Position numbers and translations under genes: made by a program. From positions 1-51,309 of the forward strand of contig DATEMG010000282.1 of the NCBI GenBank assembly GCA_035275805.1: DNA of 51,309 bases. Direction: 5' to 3'. Under the pieces are notes generated by a model. That model had not been told where the DNA came from. It did no database searches and was given only the letters and a program-made list of their open reading frames with translations. Source of the stretch: Blastocatellia bacterium (GTDB taxonomy: Bacteria; Acidobacteriota; Blastocatellia; RBC074). Every line of letters starts with the position of its first letter. Position 1 is the first letter of the stretch. Shown here piece after piece: positions 38,851 to 46,368 of the stretch.

Positions 38851-40212
38851 ATGAATAGCGAGAGTTTCATAAACATTGTAGGGGGCGGACTGGCCGGTTC
38901 CGAAGCCGCTTGGCAGGCGGCGCGACGCGGTTTGCGCGTACGTCTTTTTGAAATGCGCCCGAATCGAGCCACGGGCGCGCACCGCACCGGCGCGCTAGCC
39001 GAACTGGTCTGCAGCAACTCGCTAAAATCCGACGTGGCCGACACGGCGCCGAGGTTGCTGAAGGACGAATTGCGCGCTGGCGGCTCGCTGCTATTGCGGT
39101 TGGCCGGAGAAGCGGCCGTGCCGGCGGGCGGCGCGCTCGCCGTGGATCGTGAAAAATTTTCGGCCCTCGTGACCGAGACCTTATCAAATCATCCGAACGT
39201 CGAGCTTCGCCGCGAAGAGGTTGCGGCTATCCACACCGACAGGCCTGATGAGGTCACGGTTATCGCTGCGGGGCCGCTTGCCTCGCCCGCGCTGGTCGAG
39301 GCGATCGGGCGATTGACCGGGGAGCGCGACCTATATTTCTTCGACGCGATCTCGCCGATCGTCGACAGCGAAACGATCAATTACGACGTCGTCTTCAGGG
39401 CGGCGCGCTACGGCAAGGGCGGCGACGATTATGTCAACTGCCCGATGTCGAAAGAGGAGTACGACCGGTTTTATGACGCCCTGGTGTCGGCGGAGAAAGT
39501 CAAGCCGCATGAGGGCATGGGCGGCGAGGAGAAGTTCTTCGAGGGCTGTCTGCCGATAGAAGAGATCGCGCGACGCGGCCGCGACACGCTGCGCTTCGGG
39601 CCGATGAAGCCCGTCGGGCTCCTCGATCCGCGCACGGGGCGAGAGCCTTACGCCTGTGTGCAACTGCGGCTGGAGAATTTGATGGCCGGCGCTTACAACA
39701 TCGTCGGGTTCCAGTGCCACATCAAATACGGCGAGCAGAAGCGTATTTTGCAGATGATACCCGGTTTGGAGAACGCCGAATTCATCCGCTTCGGCCAGAT
39801 GCACCGGAACACGTACATCTGTTCGCCGAAACTTTTGCGCGAGACGCTGCAAATGCGCCAGCATCCGCGCGTTCTTTTCGCAGGCCAGATTTCGGGCATC
39901 GAAGGCTACACCGAAGCGATGGCGACCGGGATGATCGCTGGGATGAACGCGGCGCGGCTGGCTCGCGGGCTTGAACCCTCCCCGCCGCCGCGCGAATCAG
40001 CCACCGGGTCGTTGACTTTTTATCTGGCCAACGCCGATGGGAAAAATTTCCAGCCGGCCAATACAACCTTCGCGCTGTTGCCGGCGATCGAACCGGAATT
40101 GAGAAAGCTATTGAAACGCAAAGCCGACCGCTGTCATTTTCAAACTGAGCGCGGATTGAAAGCGTTCAAAGATTGGCTGGCGCGGATCGGAGAACATGAA
40201 TGGGGCTTATAA
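38851..40212 (+). CDS. trmFO: Folate-dependent tRNA (U54) methyltransferase TrmFO
   Basis: IVGGGLAGSEAAWQ FAD motif, LVCSNS and FAGQISGIEGYTE motifs. Start set at MNSESF. Confidence 0.92.
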   Translation: MNSESFINIVGGGLAGSEAAWQAARRGLRVRLFEMRPNRATGAHRTGALAELVCSNSLKSDVADTAPRLLKDELRAGGSLLLRLAGEAAVPAGGALAVDREKFSALVTETLSNHPNVELRREEVAAIHTDRPDEVTVIAAGPLASPALVEAIGRLTGERDLYFFDAISPIVDSETINYDVVFRAARYGKGGDDYVNCPMSKEEYDRFYDALVSAEKVKPHEGMGGEEKFFEGCLPIEEIARRGRDTLRFGPMKPVGLLDPRTGREPYACVQLRLENLMAGAYNIVGFQCHIKYGEQKRILQMIPGLENAEFIRFGQMHRNTYICSPKLLRETLQMRQHPRVLFAGQISGIEGYTEAMATGMIAGMNAARLARGLEPSPPPRESATGSLTFYLANADGKNFQPANTTFALLPAIEPELRKLLKRKADRCHFQTERGLKAFKDWLARIGEHEWGL

Positions 40213-40276
40213 GTCTTGCGAGCCTTTGTGAGTCCTGTTCAGGCTGTTCCAAGGAAGTTTTCGCAGGAGAATATAG

Positions 40277-41395
40277 ATGGAGAGCGAGTTCACCGGCGCG
40301 GACGCGAAGACGAGGAGGCGCCGCAGAGTCTTTTTCACGACGGCGCTTCTTCTTGCCGCCGGGGCTTTCATATTGGGGTCGCTTCAATCGGCCTTCAGCC
40401 AAAGCGGACGCGGCCCGCAGCCCGATCCGAAGGAGCGGAAGACTGACAAGCGCAAAAATCCGGGCCCTGCGCCGAAAATCCGCCTGCCCGAAAACCCTCC
40501 AGAACCAAAGGGGAAAGACGGCGAGGACATAATTCGCATCAACAGCGACCTGATCAACGTCGTCGTGACCGTCGGCGGTCTTCCGCCGAGCGCCTCGCTC
40601 GATCTGAAGCCGGAAGATTTCGAAATCCTCGAAGACGGCGCGCTGCAGGAGATCGCCAACTTCTCCCGTAACGCCGACCAGCCGCTGAAGATGGTCATGC
40701 TTTTCGACACCAGTTACAGCGTCGCCCAGCGGCTCAATTTCGAGCGCCGGGCCGCCGCGCGTTTCTTCGAGCGCGTGATCCGCCCGCAGGACCGCGCCGC
40801 CGTATTTTCGGTCTCTACCGACGTGGCCGTTTTGCAGGAGTTCACCAACAAGGTCCCGCTCCTGGTGGACGCCACGCGGCAGCTCAAGGCGCAGGGCGCG
40901 ACCTCGCTTTACGACGCCATTTACCTGGCGGCCGACTATCTCAAGCCCGCTGAAGGCCGCCGCGTGATCGTCATCGTTTCGGACGGCGGCGACACCACCA
41001 GCAGCAAGGGATTGCTCGAATCCATAGCCCAGGCGCAAAAATCCGACTCGGTCATTTTCGCCATCTTCACGGGCAGCCCGTGGCCTTCCGAGAACCTTCG
41101 CGACCTGGCCGCTGAACGCGCTCTCGAATCGTTGACCAAAGAGACCGGCGGCGAATTGTTCAAACCCAGGCTCCCGGACGGGAGGCGGCCTGGCGATGAA
41201 TCCGATGAGGCGTCGCTAAAAGAACTCGACCGCGCCTTCGCCGATCTCGCCGACCGGTTGCGCACCCAATACGTCCTCGGGTTCTTCTCGACCAACGAAA
41301 AACGCGACGGCTCTTTCCGCAAACTTGACGTCCGAATCAAAAAGACCAACTACGTCGCGCGCGCCAGAGTAGGGTATTACGCGCCTAAGGAGTGA
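40277..41395 (+). CDS. VWA-domain protein with acidobacterial-type N-terminal beta-sandwich (paralogue of 16912..18141)
   Basis: Signal/TM, IRINSDLINVVVTV...LKPEDFEILEDGALQEIANF, MIDAS MLFDTSYS. The C-terminal YVLGFFSTNEKRDGSFRKLDVRIK matches YTLTYISTNERRDGNYRTIAVGV of the paralogue. Confidence 0.8.
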   Translation: MESEFTGADAKTRRRRRVFFTTALLLAAGAFILGSLQSAFSQSGRGPQPDPKERKTDKRKNPGPAPKIRLPENPPEPKGKDGEDIIRINSDLINVVVTVGGLPPSASLDLKPEDFEILEDGALQEIANFSRNADQPLKMVMLFDTSYSVAQRLNFERRAAARFFERVIRPQDRAAVFSVSTDVAVLQEFTNKVPLLVDATRQLKAQGATSLYDAIYLAADYLKPAEGRRVIVIVSDGGDTTSSKGLLESIAQAQKSDSVIFAIFTGSPWPSENLRDLAAERALESLTKETGGELFKPRLPDGRRPGDESDEASLKELDRAFADLADRLRTQYVLGFFSTNEKRDGSFRKLDVRIKKTNYVARARVGYYAPKE

Positions 41396-41401
41396 GGAGG
41401 T

Positions 41402-41489
41402 GACGGGGCGACAAGGCGACGGGGCGACAAGGCGACGAGGAGAATGGGACAGAAAGCGCCCCCTGTCGCCCCGTCGCCTTGTCGCCCCG
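41402..41489. repeat. GGCGAC-unit hairpin element (family copy 2)
   Basis: The G-rich arm 41402-41440 pairs with the C-rich arm 41464-41489. The loop GGAGAATGGGACAGAAAGC is shared with copy 1. The element starts 7 nt after the VWA gene stop. Confidence 0.9.
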
Positions 41490-41529
41490 CCTCTTTCTCC
41501 CCGGCGCTCTCCCACTCTTCGAAAGCTCG

Positions 41530-41538
41530 TGCTAGAAT
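41530..41538 (+). promoter_or_regulatory. Possible extended -10 element (TGcTAGAAT) upstream of the yacL-like gene
   Basis: TGCTAGAAT matches TGnTAnAAT. No good -35. Confidence 0.25.
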
Positions 41539-41679
41539 CGCGCCCGCGTTCAGAGATTTTCCACACAAATTTTGCTCATTCACTGATCGGACGATCGCTC
41601 CTCCCGCGTCTTTCATATCACAATTTATGAGTCTCATTTTGGGAGGATCGTCCGAGCTTAAAAGAAAGTCTTATGTTTT

Positions 41680-42783
41680 ATGCAAGCCGACATAATTTTG
41701 ATACGTTCAGTTTTCATCGTCATTTTCGTCATCGCCGGCTACCTGATTCAGCCAATTCCTGAATCCTTGGGTAAGGAGCTGGAAATCCCCGGCGGGGCGA
41801 GGTCGCTTTCGGCGATCGCCGGCGCGTTGTTGGCGAGCGGTATAATCTTCTTCGAACTCCGCATCCGGCGGGCCTCGCTGAAGACCCTGATCGGGGCGGC
41901 GGCCGGCTCGATCCTCGGCATCATCGGCTCGACGCTGATCGGGTTCCTGATCACCGCGCAGCACTGGGATCAGCCGATTAAATCCTTCCTGACCTTGACG
42001 CTCACGCTCTTCATGGCTTACGTCGGGTTACTGGTCGGCGCGGCGAAAGGCGACTACCTCGACCTCTCGGCGCTCGGCGGCATCCTGAGCGAACGCGGGG
42101 CGAAGCAGAGCTACAGGATTCTCGACACCAGCGTGATTATCGACGGGCGCGTCGCCGACATCTCCGAGGCCGGCTTTATGGGCGGCACGATTCTCATCCC
42201 GCAATTCGTCCTGCGCGAATTGCAGCAGATCGCCGACTCGTCCGATTCCGCCAAGCGCAACCGGGGCCGGCGCGGACTGGATATCCTTCAGCGCATCCAG
42301 AAAAACAGCAACCTCGACGTGCAGATTTACGAAGCCGATTTCCCGAACGTACGCGAGGTCGACCTGAAGCTGATCGAACTCGGCAAACAACTCAACGCGC
42401 CCATTGTGACCAACGACTTCAATCTCAATAAGGTTGCGCACCTGCGCGGCGTCGAAGTGCTCAACATCAACGAGCTGGCCAACGCGCTCAAGCCAGTCGT
42501 GCTGCCCGGCGAGATAATGAGGGTCTTCATTCTCAAGGAAGGCAAGGAATACAACCAGGGCGTGGCCTATCTGGACGACGGCACGATGGTCGTGGTCGAC
42601 AACGCGCGCCGCCTGATCGGCAAAAATGTCGACATGGTCGTGACCAGTGTCCTGCAGACCACGGCGGGCAAGATGATTTTCGGACGCGTCGAAGACCAGA
42701 AGACCGAAGTGCGCGAGGCTAAGGGCGATTTCCGCGACCGCCCGTCGCGTCCGCTCCCGGCGCCGGCCCCGTCGGTTGAATGA
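41680..42783 (+). CDS. YacL-like membrane-anchored PIN + TRAM domain protein
   Basis: N-terminal TM helices, PIN core RILDTSVIIDGR, C-terminal TRAM-like segment. Gene order with ispD-ispF matches the yacL-ispD-ispF arrangement known from Bacillus. Confidence 0.8.
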   Translation: MQADIILIRSVFIVIFVIAGYLIQPIPESLGKELEIPGGARSLSAIAGALLASGIIFFELRIRRASLKTLIGAAAGSILGIIGSTLIGFLITAQHWDQPIKSFLTLTLTLFMAYVGLLVGAAKGDYLDLSALGGILSERGAKQSYRILDTSVIIDGRVADISEAGFMGGTILIPQFVLRELQQIADSSDSAKRNRGRRGLDILQRIQKNSNLDVQIYEADFPNVREVDLKLIELGKQLNAPIVTNDFNLNKVAHLRGVEVLNINELANALKPVVLPGEIMRVFILKEGKEYNQGVAYLDDGTMVVVDNARRLIGKNVDMVVTSVLQTTAGKMIFGRVEDQKTEVREAKGDFRDRPSRPLPAPAPSVE

Positions 42784-42784
42784 A

Positions 42785-42876
42785 CCAGTGGACAGTGGAC
42801 AGTGGACAGTAGAGAGTGATTAGCGCTTTGCTGCCCACTGCCCACTGCCCACTGCCCACTGCCCACTGCCCACTGC
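42785..42876. repeat. Hairpin element with (CAGTGGA)n versus (CCCACTG)n arms
   Basis: Left arm of 3-4 heptamers, right arm of 5 heptamers. Complementary except one position per heptamer. It fills the yacL-like/ispD gap and ends 3 nt before the ispD ATG. Confidence 0.9.
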
Positions 42877-42879
42877 TTT

Positions 42880-43566
42880 ATGAACGTTGCTATTATTCCC
42901 GCCGCCGGCAGCGGCAGCAGATTCGGCGGCCAAACCCCGAAACAATTCATCGAGATCGCAGGCGCGCCGATCATCATCCATACGTTGAGGAAGTTCGACG
43001 AGTGTGAAGACATCGGCGCCATCGTCGTTGCGCTGCGGCGGGAAGAGGTCGAACGGTTTGAGCGCGCGTTTCGCGCCCACAAAATCCGAAAACCGGTTCG
43101 CCTCGCCGCCGGCGGCGCCGAGCGCAGCGATTCGATTTTGAACGCGCTTGAAGCGGCGAGCGAGTTTCGGCCCGAAATCGTGGCCGTTCACGACGCCGTG
43201 CGCCCCTTCGTCACGCCGGAGCGGATTTCCGCCGTCATCGCCCGGGCGCGCGAGATCGGCGCGGCCATCCTGGCCATGCCCGCGACCGACACAATCAAGG
43301 AGGTCGATGACGGGCTGATCCATCGCACGCTCGACCGCCGCCGCGTCTGGCGCGCTCAGACTCCGCAGGCGTTCCGCTACGATCTGCTGATGCGCGCCAA
43401 CGTTGAGGCGCGCGCCGCCGATTTGCCGCCGGCGCAGGCGACAGACGATTCATTTCTGGTCGAACGTCTCGGGGCGCCTGTGGCCGTCGTTGAAGGCATG
43501 GCGAACAACATCAAGATCACCACGCCGGAAGACCTGGCCCTGGCGGAAAAACTTTTAAGCGCTTAA
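42880..43566 (+). CDS. ispD: 2-C-methyl-D-erythritol 4-phosphate cytidylyltransferase IspD
   Basis: [15 protein letters not shown]-loop-like motif and VHDAVRPF motif. Confidence 0.92.
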   Translation: MNVAIIPAAGSGSRFGGQTPKQFIEIAGAPIIIHTLRKFDECEDIGAIVVALRREEVERFERAFRAHKIRKPVRLAAGGAERSDSILNALEAASEFRPEIVAVHDAVRPFVTPERISAVIARAREIGAAILAMPATDTIKEVDDGLIHRTLDRRRVWRAQTPQAFRYDLLMRANVEARAADLPPAQATDDSFLVERLGAPVAVVEGMANNIKITTPEDLALAEKLLSA

Positions 43567-43577
43567 GCAGAGACATT

Positions 43578-44075
43578 ATGAGCCAGTTTCGCGTGGGCAT
43601 AGGAAATGACATCCACCGCCTGGTCGAAGGTCGCAAACTGATCCTCGGCGGGGTCGAAATCCCTCATGAGCGCGGGCTGCTCGGACATTCCGACGGCGAC
43701 AGCCTGACGCATGCGATCACCGACGCGCTGCTCGGCGCGGCCGCGCTCGGCGATATCGGCTCGCATTTTTCCGACCGCGACCCGCGGTGGGCCGGCGCCG
43801 ACAGCCTCGTATTTCTGCGCCACGTCCGCGGCCTGCTCGAAGAGCGAGGGTTCGAGATCGCCAACGTCGACGCGACAATCCTGGCCGAACGCCCGAAAAT
43901 GGCGCCGCATATTTCGGAAATGAAAGTGAGACTTGCCGAAGCGATGAAAATCAGCGAGTCGCAGATCAACGTTAAAGCGAAAACGAATGAAGGGCTTGAC
44001 GCGATAGGGCGAGGCGAAGCGATTGCGGCGCAGGCGGTTGCGCTCATAGTGGGACAGACTTTAGTCTGTCAGTAG
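43578..44075 (+). CDS. ispF: 2-C-methyl-D-erythritol 2,4-cyclodiphosphate synthase IspF
   Basis: [24 protein letters not shown] motifs. The last about 8 codons and the stop are supplied by a repeat arm. Confidence 0.93.
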   Translation: MSQFRVGIGNDIHRLVEGRKLILGGVEIPHERGLLGHSDGDSLTHAITDALLGAAALGDIGSHFSDRDPRWAGADSLVFLRHVRGLLEERGFEIANVDATILAERPKMAPHISEMKVRLAEAMKISESQINVKAKTNEGLDAIGRGEAIAAQAVALIVGQTLVCQ

Positions 44076-44110
44076 CATGAATTGAGGGCGGACAGACTAA
44101 AGTCTGTCCC
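44051..44110. repeat. GACAGACT-TT/AA-AGTCTGTC double palindrome
   Basis: GGGACAGACTTTAGTCTGTC (44051-44070) and GGACAGACTAAAGTCTGTCCC (44090-44110). Each is self-complementary and they complement each other. The first copy encodes the ispF C-terminus. Confidence 0.85.
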
Positions 44111-44121
44111 ACGATAATCTT

Positions 44122-44826
44122 ATGTTCGACGTAATCGCATTCGACGCCGATGATACGCTGTGGCACAACGAGCCGATCTATCGCGGCGCGCAGAGTCAGG
44201 TCCTCGACATCATGGCGCATTATCACGACCGTGATTGGATAGAGCGCCGTATGTACGAGACCGAAATCCGCAACCTCGAACATTACGGTTACGGCATCAA
44301 AGGCTTCACGCTCTCGATGATCGAAACGGCGATCGAATTGACCGAAGGACGCATCAGCGGCGCCGAGATAGGCCGAGTCATCGAATTGACCCGCGAGATG
44401 TTTAAAGCCCCGGTCGAACTCCTCGACGGCGTCGAAGAGACGATCGCGACGCTCGCCGCCTCGCACGACCTGATGCTGATCACCAAAGGCGATCTTTTCG
44501 AGCAGCAGGCCAAGATCGCGCGTTCGGGGCTGGCCGACCATTTTGGCAAGATCGAAATCGTCCCGGTCAAAATCAGAGAGACCTACCAATCTATCGTCAC
44601 CAGGCACGAGATCATCCCTCATCGCTTCCTGATGGTCGGCAATTCGATCAGGTCGGACGTCCTGCCCGTGATCGAGATGGGCGGCCATGCTGTTCACATT
44701 CCTTACGAGACCACCTGGGAGCACGAAATCGTGCCTGAAGAGGAACTCGCGGGCAGGGAATTCATCAGGCTCGCTCACATCCGCGAGCTTCCGGCATTGA
44801 TATATGCGACCACAAGATCTGATTGA
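44122..44826 (+). CDS. HAD-superfamily hydrolase
   Basis: Motif I FDADDTLW (DxDxT), ITKG, VGNSIRSD. Confidence 0.8.
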   Translation: MFDVIAFDADDTLWHNEPIYRGAQSQVLDIMAHYHDRDWIERRMYETEIRNLEHYGYGIKGFTLSMIETAIELTEGRISGAEIGRVIELTREMFKAPVELLDGVEETIATLAASHDLMLITKGDLFEQQAKIARSGLADHFGKIEIVPVKIRETYQSIVTRHEIIPHRFLMVGNSIRSDVLPVIEMGGHAVHIPYETTWEHEIVPEEELAGREFIRLAHIRELPALIYATTRSD

Positions 44827-46105
44827 AAAAAAACGGGACCGCAAGGAGTTGACGCGCGACGAGATCGCATTCCTGATCCGCGGCTACACGCGCGACGAGA
44901 TCCCCGATTACCAGATGGCCGCGTGGCTGATGGCCGCTTTCCTGAACGGGATGAGCGAGGCCGAAACGCGGGCGCTGGTCGAAGAGATGCTCCAGTCCGG
45001 CGTCACGCTCACGCACGATCATGTGGCCGAGCCGAAAGTCGACAAACATTCGACCGGCGGCGTCGGAGACAAGACCAGCCTGGTCATCGCGCCCGTGGCC
45101 GCCGCGTGCGGCGTCGCCGTGCCGATGATCTCGGGCCGCGCGCTGGCCCACACCGGCGGCACGCTAGATAAACTCGAAGCCATCCCGGGATTCCGAACCG
45201 GCCTCTCGCTCGACGAATTCCGCGACGTGTTGAAGCGTTGCGGCCTCGCGCTGATCGGCCAGACGAAAGAGGTCGCGCCCGCCGACCGAAAGCTCTACGC
45301 CTTGCGCGACCTGACCGCAACCGTCCCGTTCCGCCCATTCATTTGCGCTTCGGTCATGTCGAAGAAATTGGCCGAGGGGATTGACGGGCTCGTGCTCGAT
45401 GTGAAGACTGGCAACGGCGCGTTCATGCGCGAATTCGAAGACTCGCGCAAGCTGGCCGAGATGATGGCCTCGACGGGCCGCGCGATGGGGAAACGCGTCG
45501 TCGCGCTGATCACCGACATGGACCAGCCGCTGGGCCGTTGGGTCGGCAATGCGGTTGAGACGATGGAAGCGATCGAAACGCTGCGAGGCGACCTCGAAGG
45601 CGATTTCGCCGAGTTGTGTTTGGAACTGGCCGCGCGGATGCTGATCGTCGGCGGAGTCGAGAGCGACCTGGAAATCGCCCGCGACCGCTCGCGCGACGCT
45701 ATCACTTCGGGCCGGGCGCTGGAACGTTTCCGCGCCTGCGTCGAGGCGCAAGGCGGCGACCCGCGCGTCCTCGACGACACGGCGCTCCTGCCGCAGGCGG
45801 ACAAACAACGCGCGATCACCGCCGGCCGCGCGGGCTTCGTCAACGGCATTGAGACCGACGAGATCGGCCGCGTCGTGATGGATTGGGGCGGAGGGCGGCG
45901 AAGGCTTGAAGACAAGATCGATTACTCCGTCGGCCTGCGCCTTCACGCCAAGATCGGCGACCATGTGAACGCGGGCGACCCACTCGCTATTGCTTATTAC
46001 AACGACGAATCGAAATTTGAAGAGATGGGCGCCCGGCTGCGAGCGGCCTATAGGATTGGAGGATCGGCTCCGAAATCCGAACCCCTGATCAAAGCGGTAA
46101 TCTAG
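44804..46105 (+). CDS. deoA: Thymidine / pyrimidine-nucleoside phosphorylase
   Basis: KHSTGGVGDKTSL and SGRALAHTGGTLDKLE motifs. Overlaps the HAD gene by 23 nt. Confidence 0.92.
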   Translation: MRPQDLIEKKRDRKELTRDEIAFLIRGYTRDEIPDYQMAAWLMAAFLNGMSEAETRALVEEMLQSGVTLTHDHVAEPKVDKHSTGGVGDKTSLVIAPVAAACGVAVPMISGRALAHTGGTLDKLEAIPGFRTGLSLDEFRDVLKRCGLALIGQTKEVAPADRKLYALRDLTATVPFRPFICASVMSKKLAEGIDGLVLDVKTGNGAFMREFEDSRKLAEMMASTGRAMGKRVVALITDMDQPLGRWVGNAVETMEAIETLRGDLEGDFAELCLELAARMLIVGGVESDLEIARDRSRDAITSGRALERFRACVEAQGGDPRVLDDTALLPQADKQRAITAGRAGFVNGIETDEIGRVVMDWGGGRRRLEDKIDYSVGLRLHAKIGDHVNAGDPLAIAYYNDESKFEEMGARLRAAYRIGGSAPKSEPLIKAVI

Positions 46106-46149
46106 AAAGGATTGCAACTCAATTTACGCCATACTGAGATGACAGTACG

Positions 46150-46219
46150 AATCAGTACCGCGAGCGGTAGCGAGCGGGCTTCACGCTGAGACGCGCTCGC
46201 TACCGCTCGCGGTACTGAT
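46150..46219. repeat. ATCAGTACCGCGAGCGGTAGCGAGCG hairpin element (family copy 2)
   Basis: 46151-46176 is the exact reverse complement of 46194-46219 (26 bp). It lies between convergent deoA and the STAND gene. Confidence 0.9.
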
Positions 46220-46368
46220 CCAGTAAGCCTTTCAAGAATCGCAAACACCTTCTCAACTCGTCATTCAAAACCGCCGGATACTTTTCGATCTCCTGCGTAG
46301 TCATAACTCGTCCGAATCGCCGCCTCCATTTTATACTTCAGAATCGTGTTCCTGCACTGCTCCCAGAC

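Noticed and set aside
46199-46303. 34-codon minus-strand ORF (MTTQEIEKYPAVLNDELRRCLRFLKGLLDQYRER) just downstream of the STAND gene, considered as a possible small partner gene.
   Set aside because: The nearest SD-like sequence is about 18 nt from the ATG. The ORF terminates inside the hairpin repeat arm, and it is too short to evaluate.
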